DNA of 31,238 bases, taken from the NCBI GenBank assembly GCA_030141605.1, contig JAQGDQ010002450.1, positions 1 to 31,238 on the forward strand. Direction: 5' to 3'. The position numbers were made by a program, and so were the translations under genes. The notes beneath the pieces were generated by a model, which worked only from the letters and a program-made list of their open reading frames with translations, made no database searches and had not been told where the DNA came from. The DNA is from Tubiluchus corallicola. Lineage: Eukaryota; Animalia; Priapulida. This document shows positions 1 to 9,399 of this stretch, piece by piece. Each line of letters opens with the position of its first letter. Position 1 is the first letter of the stretch.

Positions 1-914
1 GATGGGAGAAGAAAAGAATCAACGCTAAGTCTGTGGCAAAGATTGTACACGAAACACCAAGCACGGCTGTATTGGATGGTGATAGTGGCTTGGGTATGGT
101 GATAGGTAGTAGAGCTATGCGTATTGCTATGCGAAAAGCAAAAGATGTAGGAACAGGTTGGGTATCAGTGAGAAACTCAAACCATTATGGAATAGCAGGT
201 GCCTATGTGATGATGGCTTTGGAAGAAGATATGATAGGTGTTTCTATGACCAATGCCAGTCCGTTGGTAGTGCCTACTTACTCTAAGGAACGCTTACTTG
301 GCACCAATCCTATTGCAGTATCTATTCCTACTGGAAATGAGCCTCCTATTGTGATAGATATGGCTACTACTCCTGTAGCAAATGGTAAGCTAGAAGTGGC
401 ACAGCGAGAGGGGAAAGATATACCAGAGGGTTGGGCACAGTCTAAGGAAGGTGGGGTTACTACAAGTGCTACTGCCTTGAAGGATGGGGGAGCTATGTTG
501 CCTTTGGGTAGTGATATACTGCACGGTAGTCATAAAGGCTATTGCTTAGGAGCACTTGTGGATATTTTTTCTGCTGTGCTGTCGGGTGCTAATTATGGTC
601 CTTGGGTACCTCCTTTTGTATCCTTTATAGAGCCAAAAGAAAATCCTGTAGGAAAAGGTATCGGTCATTTTTTTGGGGCTATGCGAATTGATGCTTTCCG
701 TCCTGCCGAAGAATTTAAAAAAGATATAGATCATTGGGTGCAAACGTTTAGAAAATCGAAGACAATAGCAGGTAGTAAATCTGTATTAATACCAGGCGAT
801 CCCGAACGAGAAATATCTGAAAAAAGAAAGCAAAATGGCGTGGTACTGAACGAATCCGTGGTAAAAGATTTGAGCAAGGTAGCTAAGAGATTAGGAGTTT
901 TTTTAGCAAATTGA
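1..914 (+). CDS. Ldh_2 (malate/L-lactate/sulfolactate dehydrogenase family) oxidoreductase, 5' partial
   Basis: Frame is open from the window start (WEKKRINAKS precedes the GTG at 33). Family motifs: NSNHYGIAG, LLGTNPIA, IDMATT, GSHKGY, IPGDPE. Confidence 0.9.
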   Translation, partial: WEKKRINAKSVAKIVHETPSTAVLDGDSGLGMVIGSRAMRIAMRKAKDVGTGWVSVRNSNHYGIAGAYVMMALEEDMIGVSMTNASPLVVPTYSKERLLGTNPIAVSIPTGNEPPIVIDMATTPVANGKLEVAQREGKDIPEGWAQSKEGGVTTSATALKDGGAMLPLGSDILHGSHKGYCLGALVDIFSAVLSGANYGPWVPPFVSFIEPKENPVGKGIGHFFGAMRIDAFRPAEEFKKDIDHWVQTFRKSKTIAGSKSVLIPGDPEREISEKRKQNGVVLNESVVKDLSKVAKRLGVFLAN

Positions 915-1124
915 TTAAGCTAATTTTACACTAATCTAATGAGGCTATCTGAATAGGCTATCATAATTAGCTTATTTTTTAATAACTCAAACATAGGTGG
1001 AATTGTGTTAATTTGCAATTACAAATTTAACATTAAATTGTAATTCTACATCCACACAATAATAAACAAATTAACTTTCAAAAATAAACACACAAGAAAC
1101 TTAATAAATTACTCACAAGTTTAC

Positions 1125-1132
1125 TATATTTG
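1125..1132 (+). promoter_or_regulatory. Bacteroidota -7 promoter element for asd
   Basis: TATATTTG matches TAnnTTTG, 32 nt before the asd ATG. No clear -33 TTTG. Confidence 0.6.
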
Positions 1133-1164
1133 TACCTTGTTTAATCAATAATTAATACCCATCT

Positions 1165-2154
1165 ATGAAAGTAGCCATAGTAGGAGCCACGGGTATGGTA
1201 GGCAACGTGATGCTTCAGTTATTAAAAGAAAGAAAATTTCCCGTAACAAAACTTTTGGCAGTAGCCTCTGAAAGATCGGTTGGGAAGATCATAAAATCCA
1301 AAGGGGAGGAGCATAAAGTAATAGATTTGCAAACTGCCGTAGATAATAAACCTGATTTGGCTCTATTCTCTGCTGGGGGCAGTATCTCCCTAGAATGGGC
1401 AGAAAAATTTGCAGCAGTAGGAACTACTGTGATAGATAACTCATCTGCTTGGCGAATGGATAATACAAAGAAACTTATTGTTCCCGAAATAAATGCCAAC
1501 TTACTAACAGCCAAGGATAAAATAATAGCTAACCCCAACTGCTCTACTATACAAATGGTTGTCGCTCTTGCACCACTACACACAAAGTATAAGATAAAAA
1601 GACTGGTGATAGCCACCTATCAATCCATTACTGGAACAGGCGTTAAAGCAGTAAAGCAACTTGAGAATGAACGAAATGGCATAGAAGGAGAAAAAATATA
1701 TCCTTACGAAATAGACAAAAACTGTCTTCCCCATTGCGACGATTTTACAGAAAACACCTACACTAAGGAAGAAGTAAAACTAGTAAACGAAACTCAAAAA
1801 ATATTGCAATCACCTAATATAATGATAACTGCCACTTGTATAAGAGTGCCCGTAGTAGGTGGACACTCAGAAGCAGTAAATGTAGAGTTCGAAAACGACT
1901 ACGACTTAGATGAAGTAAGGAAAATACTCTCTAATACCGAAGGAGTTGAAGTACAAGATGATATTGCCAACAATATATACCCAATGCCTAAGTATGCACA
2001 ACATAAAGATGAGGTGTTTGTGGGTAGGCTAAGAAGAGATGAATCACAACCTAATGCCTTGAATATGTGGATAGTAGCAGACAATATTAGAAAAGGTGCA
2101 GCCACTAACACTATTCAAATAGCAGAATATATGATAAAGAAAGGTTTGCTATAA
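1165..2154 (+). CDS. asd: Aspartate-semialdehyde dehydrogenase
   Basis: GATGMVG Rossmann motif, VIDNSSAWRM, catalytic ANPNCST, GHSE, DNIRKGAATN. Confidence 0.97.
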   Translation: MKVAIVGATGMVGNVMLQLLKERKFPVTKLLAVASERSVGKIIKSKGEEHKVIDLQTAVDNKPDLALFSAGGSISLEWAEKFAAVGTTVIDNSSAWRMDNTKKLIVPEINANLLTAKDKIIANPNCSTIQMVVALAPLHTKYKIKRLVIATYQSITGTGVKAVKQLENERNGIEGEKIYPYEIDKNCLPHCDDFTENTYTKEEVKLVNETQKILQSPNIMITATCIRVPVVGGHSEAVNVEFENDYDLDEVRKILSNTEGVEVQDDIANNIYPMPKYAQHKDEVFVGRLRRDESQPNALNMWIVADNIRKGAATNTIQIAEYMIKKGLL

Positions 2155-2209
2155 ACATAATACTATTTAAAAGGAAACAGGCTAAAGAAAGCTAATAAAT
2201 TTTACTACT

Positions 2210-3817
2210 ATGAAAAAATATCTTTACTTACTCTGTGTACCATTCACCATCTTTAGTTGCAATTCTTCTGATGATGAAACAAACATCAACTTAATACCCC
2301 AAGTAGAAAACATAGAAATAAAAAAAGGAAACTTCTACATCAACCCCAAAACAGAAATAGTACTAAACTTTGAAGACAAAGACATAAACTACGTAAGCGA
2401 TTTTCTAATACAAAAACTAAAAACAGAAAAAAACTTATCCTTAAAAATAGGTGACAAAACAAAAAACATCATAGAAATAAACAAAATACAAAACGAAGAG
2501 CTTGGAGATGAAGGCTACATCCTAAATATTACCAAAAATAAAATCACCATAGAAGCCAATAGAGCCAACGGAGCCTTCTACGCTGTGCAAACCTTGGCAC
2601 AACTACTCTGCGAAGAGGAGGTAAAAGACAACCAACTAACCCTGTCCTGTCTTAAAATAAAAGACAAACCTCGTTTTCAATACAGAGGAATGCACTTAGA
2701 CGTAGCACGCCACTTCTTTCCCAAGGAATTTATCAAAAAATATATAGACTACTTGGCAATGTATAAATACAATACATTTCATTGGCATCTGACAGAAGAC
2801 CAAGGGTGGAGAATAGAAATAAAAAAATACCCTAAACTGACAGAAATAGGAGCATACAGACCCGAAACAGTTATAGGGAAAAATACTGGAAAATACGACG
2901 GCAAACCCGTACAAGGATATTATACACAAGAAGAAGTAAAAGAAATAGTAGCCTACGCCAAGAGTAAATTTATCACCATAATACCTGAGATAGAAATGCC
3001 AGGGCACTCTTTGGCGGCATTAGCTGCTTACCCAGAGCTATCCTGTAAAAAAGAAAAATTTGAAGTAGCAAAGACCTGGGGAGTTTTTGACGATATATAC
3101 TGCCCGCAAGAAAAAACTTTCAATTTCTTAGAAGACGTATTAACAGAAGTAATAGAACTTTTCCCAAGCGAATATATACACATAGGAGGCGATGAAGCCC
3201 CTAAAAAAAGATGGGAACTCTGTAAAGAATGCCAAGCATTAATAAAAAAAGAAGGGCTAAAAGACGAACACGAATTGCAAAGCTATTTCATTAAAAGAAT
3301 AGAAAAATTCCTAAACTCCAAAGATAGAGATATCATAGGTTGGGACGAAATATTAGAAGGAGGCATAGCCCCCAACGCAACCATAATGTCGTGGCGAGGT
3401 GAACAGGGAGGCATAGAAGCAGCCAAACAACAACACAAAGTTATTATGACACCCAACAGCCATTGTTACTTCGACCACTATCAATCCAAAGACCAAGAAA
3501 ACGAACCTTTTGCCATAGGCGGTTTTCTAAGCTTAGAAAAAATATACTCCTACGAGCCCGTCCCCAAAGAACTCACACCCCAAGAAGCAAAATACATCCT
3601 TGGCGCACAAGGAAACGTATGGACAGAATATATGAAAACCCCACAACACGTGGAATATATGCTCTTTCCACGCATAGCAGCACTATCAGAAGTAATATGG
3701 TCGCCCAAAGAAAAAAGAAGTTGGGACAATTTCCTTGCAAGAATACAAAACGAATTTAAAAGATACGAAAAGCAAAATATCAACTTTGCAAAACATTACT
3801 ACAAAAAACAAGAATAA
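2210..3817 (+). CDS. GH20 beta-N-acetylhexosaminidase, lipoprotein (copy 1)
   Basis: Lipoprotein signal ending IFSC, GH20b domain, RGMHLDVARH, FHWHLTEDQGWR, IEMPGH, catalytic HIGGDE, YFDH, VWTEY. Confidence 0.95.
   Translation: MKKYLYLLCVPFTIFSCNSSDDETNINLIPQVENIEIKKGNFYINPKTEIVLNFEDKDINYVSDFLIQKLKTEKNLSLKIGDKTKNIIEINKIQNEELGDEGYILNITKNKITIEANRANGAFYAVQTLAQLLCEEEVKDNQLTLSCLKIKDKPRFQYRGMHLDVARHFFPKEFIKKYIDYLAMYKYNTFHWHLTEDQGWRIEIKKYPKLTEIGAYRPETVIGKNTGKYDGKPVQGYYTQEEVKEIVAYAKSKFITIIPEIEMPGHSLAALAAYPELSCKKEKFEVAKTWGVFDDIYCPQEKTFNFLEDVLTEVIELFPSEYIHIGGDEAPKKRWELCKECQALIKKEGLKDEHELQSYFIKRIEKFLNSKDRDIIGWDEILEGGIAPNATIMSWRGEQGGIEAAKQQHKVIMTPNSHCYFDHYQSKDQENEPFAIGGFLSLEKIYSYEPVPKELTPQEAKYILGAQGNVWTEYMKTPQHVEYMLFPRIAALSEVIWSPKEKRSWDNFLARIQNEFKRYEKQNINFAKHYYKKQE
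2285..2596 (+). repeat. Near-identical direct repeat, copy A (partner 4011..4322)
   Basis: 312-bp ungapped match; 7 mismatches by manual comparison. Confidence 0.92.
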
Positions 3818-3932
3818 CTCCCTATGGACAAATAGGCAAAAATTGTAAATTTATCTTTAACAAAATGAAATGAAAAATTAGAAAAACATTAGATAAATAA
3901 ACACAATATAATCTTTATATAAACTAAATACT

Positions 3933-5552
3933 ATGAAAAAATATTTTTACCTATTCTGTATAGCCTTCATCACCTTTAGCTGTTGTTCACCCTCCGCTGA
4001 AGAAGCAAATATCAACTTAATACCCCAAGTAGAAAACATAGAAATAAAAAAAGGAAACTTCCACATCAACCCCAAAACAGAAATAGTACTAAACTTTGAA
4101 GACAAAGACATAAACTACGTAAGCGATTTTCTAATACAAAAACTAAAAACAGAAAAAAACTTATCCTTAAAAATAGGTGATAAAACAAAAAACAACATAG
4201 AAATAAACAAAATACAAAACGAAGAGCTTGGAGATGAAGGCTACATCCTAAATATTACCGAAAATAAAATCATCATAGAAGCCAATAAAGCCAACGGAGC
4301 CTTTTACGCTGTGCAAACCTTGATACAACTACTTTACGAAAAGGAAGTAAAGAATAATCAACTACTTGTACCTTGTGTTGAAATAAAAGACAAACCTCGT
4401 TTTCAATACAGAGGAATGCTCTTAGACGTAGCACGCCATTTCTACCCCAAAGAATTTATCAAAAAATACATAGACTACTTAGCAATGTATAAATACAATA
4501 CATTTCATTGGCATTTGACAGATAACCAAGGGTGGAGAATAGAAATAAAAAAATACCCTAAACTAATTGCAACGCCTGCTAAAAAACTTGAAAAAGTAGC
4601 AGAAAATAGCAAGGGAAGATTTGCAAAAATACCCACAACCTTCTCAGAAGGATACTTCACCCAAGAAGATATAAAAGAAATAGTAGCCTATGCAGATAGC
4701 AGATTTGTAACTGTAATACCCGAAATAGATGTACCAGCTCACTCTTTGGCAGCAATTGTTGCCTACCCCGAAATGTCCTGCACAGGAGAAGTATTTGAAG
4801 CAACCAGAGCATCAGGTGTCTTCGAAGACCTATACTGCCCCAAAGAAGAAACCTTTACTTTTCTAGAAAACATATTTACCGAGGTAATAGACTTATTCCC
4901 CAGTAAATACATACACATAGGAGGTGATGAAGCCCCAGTAGCACGATGGGGGAAATGCACACTTTGCCAAAAGCTAATAAAAAAAGAAAAATTAAAAAAC
5001 GAATATGAACTACAAAGCTATTTCATCAAAAGAATAGAAAAATTCCTAAACTCAAAAGGCAGAAATATCATAGGTTGGGACGAAATACTAGAAGGAGGCG
5101 TAGCCCCCAATGCAACAGTAATGTCTTGGCGAGGTGAAAAAGGAGGTATAGAAGCGGCAAAACAACATCATAACGTCATTATGACCCCCGGTAGCCACTG
5201 CTATTTCAACAACTACCAATCAGAAGACAAAGACAACGAACCATTCATCACAGGAGTTTTTCTGAACCTCGAAAAAGTATATCTCTACGAACCAATCCCA
5301 CAAGAAATAACCCCTGAACAAGAAAAATATGTTCTTGGCACACAAGGAAACGTATGGACAGAGCATATTAAAACACCCCAGTATGTAGAATATATGATAT
5401 TTCCACGTATAGCCGCACTTGCAGAAGTAGCATGGTCGCCCAAAGAAAAAAGAAACTGGGACAACTTCCTCGAAAGAATGCAGAATGAATTTAAAAGATA
5501 TGAAAAACAAGATATTTATTTTGCAAAGCATTATTTTAAAAAGAGAGAATAA
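3933..5552 (+). CDS. GH20 hexosaminidase-family lipoprotein (copy 2, divergent paralogue)
   Basis: Signal ending TFSC and same architecture as copy 1. HIGGDE retained; several substrate-pocket motifs altered. Confidence 0.92.
   Translation: MKKYFYLFCIAFITFSCCSPSAEEANINLIPQVENIEIKKGNFHINPKTEIVLNFEDKDINYVSDFLIQKLKTEKNLSLKIGDKTKNNIEINKIQNEELGDEGYILNITENKIIIEANKANGAFYAVQTLIQLLYEKEVKNNQLLVPCVEIKDKPRFQYRGMLLDVARHFYPKEFIKKYIDYLAMYKYNTFHWHLTDNQGWRIEIKKYPKLIATPAKKLEKVAENSKGRFAKIPTTFSEGYFTQEDIKEIVAYADSRFVTVIPEIDVPAHSLAAIVAYPEMSCTGEVFEATRASGVFEDLYCPKEETFTFLENIFTEVIDLFPSKYIHIGGDEAPVARWGKCTLCQKLIKKEKLKNEYELQSYFIKRIEKFLNSKGRNIIGWDEILEGGVAPNATVMSWRGEKGGIEAAKQHHNVIMTPGSHCYFNNYQSEDKDNEPFITGVFLNLEKVYLYEPIPQEITPEQEKYVLGTQGNVWTEHIKTPQYVEYMIFPRIAALAEVAWSPKEKRNWDNFLERMQNEFKRYEKQDIYFAKHYFKKRE
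4011..4322 (+). repeat. Near-identical direct repeat, copy B (partner 2285..2596)
   Basis: Same tract offset by 1726 bp. Confidence 0.92.
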
Positions 5553-5614
5553 TACACAAATTAAAGACGTAGAAAAAACTCTAATACGTAGCTCCTACAA
5601 TATTAAAATTAAGA

Positions 5615-5646
5615 TTTGTAAATCTATTCATTTTATATTACCTTTG
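5615..5646 (+). promoter_or_regulatory. Canonical Bacteroidota -33/-7 promoter for serC and probably the ftsX..queA run
   Basis: TTTG (5615-5618), 20-nt spacer, TACCTTTG (5639-5646). Confidence 0.8.
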
Positions 5647-5691
5647 GCAACTATTTTTGCGATTAAACATTTTTAAAATAATAGTATCTTA

Positions 5692-6762
5692 ATGAAAAAA
5701 CATAACTTTTATGCAGGTCCTGCTATACTAACACCATTTACCATAGAAAATACTGCTAAAGCTGTAACTAATTTTAACAATACTGGATTATCCATTTTAG
5801 AGATATCGCATAGAAGTAAAGAATTCATTCAAATATCACAACAAGCACAATCCTTACTCAAAGAACTGTTAGACATTCCTAAAGGTTATCATACCCTATT
5901 TCTTGGAGGAGGTGCTAGTACTCAGTTTTTCTCTGTACCCTACAACCTTTTGAACAAAAAAGCCGCTTACCTAACAACTGGTGCATGGGCAAACAAAGCT
6001 ATTAAAGAAGCTCACAACTTTGGCAAAGTGGTAGAGGTTGCCTCTTCCAAAGATAAAAACTACAATTACATACCAAAAAATTATACTATTCCTGAAGATG
6101 CTGATTACCTGCACATTACAACCAACAACACTATTTTTGGAACGGAAATAAAAAAAGACATTGAAGCACCTATACCTTTAGTAGCGGATATGTCTTCTGA
6201 CATATTAAGTCGCCCTATAGATGTTTCGAAATATTCTGTCATCTATGGAGGAGCTCAAAAAAATTTAGGCCCATCAGGAGTCACTTTTGTCATTGTAAAC
6301 GAAAACGCTCTTGGCAAAATAAACAGAGAAATACCTACAATGATAGATTACCGCACACACATAGACAAAGAATCTATGTTCAACACACCCCCTTGCTTAC
6401 CCATATACTCTGTACTACAAACACTTATTTGGATAAAAGACCAAGGTGGAGTGAAAAAAATACAAAAAAACAATATCGAAAAAGCCAATCTTCTCTACAA
6501 TGAGATAGAAAGAAATAAACTGTTCAAAACTACAGTTACAGACAAAGAAGACCAATCTCTAATGAACATATGCTTCATTATGAATGAAGAATACAAAGAT
6601 TTAGAAAAAAACTTTTCCAATTATGCCGCCGAACGGGGAATGATAGGTATCAATGGACACCGTTCCGTAGGAGGTTTTAGAGCTTCAACATACAATGCAA
6701 TGCCCAAAGAAAGTGTTGCAGCATTGGTAAAAACAATGCAAGATTTTGAGAAGACAATATAA
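5692..6762 (+). CDS. serC: Phosphoserine aminotransferase
   Basis: [29 protein letters not shown] lysine [25 protein letters not shown]. Confidence 0.97.
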   Translation: MKKHNFYAGPAILTPFTIENTAKAVTNFNNTGLSILEISHRSKEFIQISQQAQSLLKELLDIPKGYHTLFLGGGASTQFFSVPYNLLNKKAAYLTTGAWANKAIKEAHNFGKVVEVASSKDKNYNYIPKNYTIPEDADYLHITTNNTIFGTEIKKDIEAPIPLVADMSSDILSRPIDVSKYSVIYGGAQKNLGPSGVTFVIVNENALGKINREIPTMIDYRTHIDKESMFNTPPCLPIYSVLQTLIWIKDQGGVKKIQKNNIEKANLLYNEIERNKLFKTTVTDKEDQSLMNICFIMNEEYKDLEKNFSNYAAERGMIGINGHRSVGGFRASTYNAMPKESVAALVKTMQDFEKTI

Positions 6763-6786
6763 AGTAAACCAGATTTTAATAACATA

Positions 6787-7644
6787 ATGGCTTCCAAAAC
6801 AAGAGTTAGAAATTTGTTTGTAACCTCTATTATAAGCATATCATTGGTTCTGTTTTTGATAGGATTAATGGTATTGCTTATTCTTAACTCACAAAAACTG
6901 TCTGTCTACGTAAAGGAAAACATAGGCTTCTCTATATTCTTAAAAGAAGGAGTAAAGGAAGTAGAGATAAAAAAGCTTCAAAAATTTTTAGATGCCAGCG
7001 ATTTTATTAAAGAAACAAAATATGTGAGCAAAGAAAGTGCCGCCAAAGAGTTAGAAAAAGAACTAGAAGAAGAGTTTTTAGAGTTTTTAGGTGAAAACCC
7101 ACTGTTGTCCTCAATCAATTTAAAAATAAATGCAGAATACATTAACTCTGATAGTATTGCTAAAATAGAAACTGAATTGTTATCTTATCCACAAGTGGAT
7201 GAGGTATCTTACAAAAGATCATTAATACATTTAGTTAACCAAAATATTAAAAAAATTAGTTTTATACTTATTATTTTTACCGGGTTATTACTCCTTATTG
7301 CTATTGTACTTATAAATAATACAATAAGAGCATCCATCTATTCCCAACGATTTATTATCAAAACAATGCAACTGGTAGGAGCGACCAAAAACTTCATACG
7401 CAAGCCCTTTTTGTATAAAAGTATAGCTAGTGGATTGATAGCAACTTTTATTGCTCTTGTTTTAATAGGTTTTTCTATACACTATACTCAAAAAGAGTTG
7501 TATGGCATCATCAATTTGTATGATATTAACCTATTAATTTTACTCACCCTTATTTTAATAACTTTGGGCATAATAATTACCAACATTGCTACATACATTT
7601 CTGTAAATAAGTACCTAGCTGCAAAAACTGAAAAATTATATTAA
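6787..7644 (+). CDS. ftsX: Cell division permease FtsX
   Basis: One TM helix, periplasmic domain (LGENPL), three further TM helices; INNTIR and MQLVGAT..FIRKPF motifs. Confidence 0.93.
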   Translation: MASKTRVRNLFVTSIISISLVLFLIGLMVLLILNSQKLSVYVKENIGFSIFLKEGVKEVEIKKLQKFLDASDFIKETKYVSKESAAKELEKELEEEFLEFLGENPLLSSINLKINAEYINSDSIAKIETELLSYPQVDEVSYKRSLIHLVNQNIKKISFILIIFTGLLLLIAIVLINNTIRASIYSQRFIIKTMQLVGATKNFIRKPFLYKSIASGLIATFIALVLIGFSIHYTQKELYGIINLYDINLLILLTLILITLGIIITNIATYISVNKYLAAKTEKLY

Positions 7645-7646
7645 AG

Positions 7647-7916
7647 ATGAATAAAAAAAATAAGCATACATCTCAATTTCTTTTTTTAAAAGAAAACTAT
7701 ATACTATTTACCGTCGGGTTTTTCATTATTTTACTCGGTTATATACTAATGATAGGGGGAAAACCCGAAAATCCTGATATTTTTAATGAAAAAGAAGTTT
7801 TTAGTTTTAGACAATTAGTTATAGCACCAATATTAATATTGTTTGGTTTTCTGTTTGAAATTTATGTTATAATGAAGAAGCCTAAAAAAGTAGACAGCAG
7901 ATCACCACAAAAGTAG
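7647..7916 (+). CDS. DUF3098-like small membrane protein
   Basis: Two TM segments, KENY..IGG..FN..FSFR..APIL pattern, usual position between ftsX and uppP. Confidence 0.85.
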   Translation: MNKKNKHTSQFLFLKENYILFTVGFFIILLGYILMIGGKPENPDIFNEKEVFSFRQLVIAPILILFGFLFEIYVIMKKPKKVDSRSPQK

Positions 7917-7923
7917 ACATATA

Positions 7924-8706
7924 ATGACTTGGTTTGAGGCATTGATATTAGGAATTATACAAGGGATTACTGAATTTTTACCCATCAGCAGTAGCGGACA
8001 TTTGCAAATTGGTGAAAAACTGCTCAATACAGAATTGGATGACAGTTTAACTTTTACTATAGTAGTGCACGGAGCAACAGTGCTAAGCATCATTGTTGCC
8101 TTCTGGAAAGATATACAAACATTAACAAAAGGAATTTTTACACTAAAATACAATGCTTCTACAGAATATATGTTAAAAATATTCATATCTCTCATCCCCC
8201 TTACTTTTGTAGGAATTATCTTCAAAAAAGAAATAAAAGGACTTTTCGAAGGTAACCTGTTAATTGTAGGGTGTATGCTTGTGCTTACTTCGTTATTACT
8301 TGGTTTCACATATTTCTCCAAACCTAAAGAAAAAGGTATATCTTTCAAAAATGCTTTTATTATTGGAATGGCACAAGTTTGCGCAATAATGCCAGGATTA
8401 TCAAGGTCAGGAGCAACTATTGCAACGGGGCTGCTGCTTGGTATAAACAAAGAAGAAACTACTAAATTTTCATTTCTAATGGTATTAATTCCCATTTTAG
8501 GACAAAATTTTTTGGACTTGTTTTCTGGAGAATTATTGTCTAATAGTTCAATGGCATTAAGTACATTACTTATTGGCTTTATATCAGCTTTTGTAACGGG
8601 TTTGGTGGCATGTAAGTTGATGCTAAAAATTGTAAAAAACAATAAACTTATTTACTTTGCTATATATTGTGCCATAGTAGGTGTTTTTTCCATTATAGTC
8701 AATTAG
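7924..8706 (+). CDS. uppP: Undecaprenyl-diphosphatase
   Basis: QGITEFLPISSSGH and PGLSRSGATI signature motifs. Confidence 0.96.
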   Translation: MTWFEALILGIIQGITEFLPISSSGHLQIGEKLLNTELDDSLTFTIVVHGATVLSIIVAFWKDIQTLTKGIFTLKYNASTEYMLKIFISLIPLTFVGIIFKKEIKGLFEGNLLIVGCMLVLTSLLLGFTYFSKPKEKGISFKNAFIIGMAQVCAIMPGLSRSGATIATGLLLGINKEETTKFSFLMVLIPILGQNFLDLFSGELLSNSSMALSTLLIGFISAFVTGLVACKLMLKIVKNNKLIYFAIYCAIVGVFSIIVN

Positions 8707-8721
8707 TTACACATATATTCT

Positions 8722-9396
8722 ATGGACTATAACTTTGAAAGGGGGGAAATTTTATTATTTAATAAACCATATCAGTGGACATCTTTTGATGTTGTAAAAA
8801 CAGTAAGAAACAAAATTAAGCAAAATATCAAGAAAAAAATAAAAGTGGGACACGCTGGCACATTAGACCCATTAGCAACAGGGCTACTTATAATATGCAC
8901 AGGAAAAGCCACAAAGAAAATAGAGAATTTGCAAAATGAAATTAAAGAATACATCGCAGAAATAAAATTAGGGGAAACAACTCCTTCTTTTGACAAAGAA
9001 ACAGAAGTAGATAAAATTTACCCTGTTGAGCATATAAGCAAACAATTAATTGATGAAAAATTAAAAAAATTTGTGGGAAAAATAAAACAAAAACCTCCCA
9101 TATATTCCGCAGTAAAGATTAAGGGCGTAAGAGCCTATAATTTAGCAAGAGAAAATAAAAAAGTAGAAATAAAAGAAAAAAATATTTTTATAAATAAAAT
9201 AGATATATTAGATTGGAAGAAACCTTTTTTAAAACTTAAAATAACTTGTGGAAAAGGAACATATATAAGAGCATTAGCAAGAGACTTAGGAGAAACACTA
9301 GAATCAGGTGCTTATATTACTGAACTAGAAAGAACAGCTATAGGTAATTATCTGCTATCTGATGCTTTAAATGTTAAAGATTTTAATATTCAATAA
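8722..9396 (+). CDS. truB: tRNA pseudouridine(55) synthase
   Basis: KVGHAGTLDPLATG, PPIYSA, CGKGTYIRALARD. Confidence 0.97.
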   Translation: MDYNFERGEILLFNKPYQWTSFDVVKTVRNKIKQNIKKKIKVGHAGTLDPLATGLLIICTGKATKKIENLQNEIKEYIAEIKLGETTPSFDKETEVDKIYPVEHISKQLIDEKLKKFVGKIKQKPPIYSAVKIKGVRAYNLARENKKVEIKEKNIFINKIDILDWKKPFLKLKITCGKGTYIRALARDLGETLESGAYITELERTAIGNYLLSDALNVKDFNIQ

Positions 9397-9399
9397 GTA

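Noticed and set aside
1025-1052. dif-like site at the skew change (ATTTAACATTA, 10/11 to the E. coli XerD arm)
   Set aside because: No XerC-like arm after the 6-bp spacer; the match is AT-rich and likely chance.
7185-7193. Perfect DnaA box TTATCCACA (another at 27036-27044)
   Set aside because: Isolated and inside ftsX and trpA coding sequence; no cluster suggesting oriC.
7902-8642. 246-aa antisense ORF, and the many shorter antisense or alternate-frame ORFs in the track
   Set aside because: They overlap well-supported genes and show no recognisable motifs; treated as shadow ORFs.
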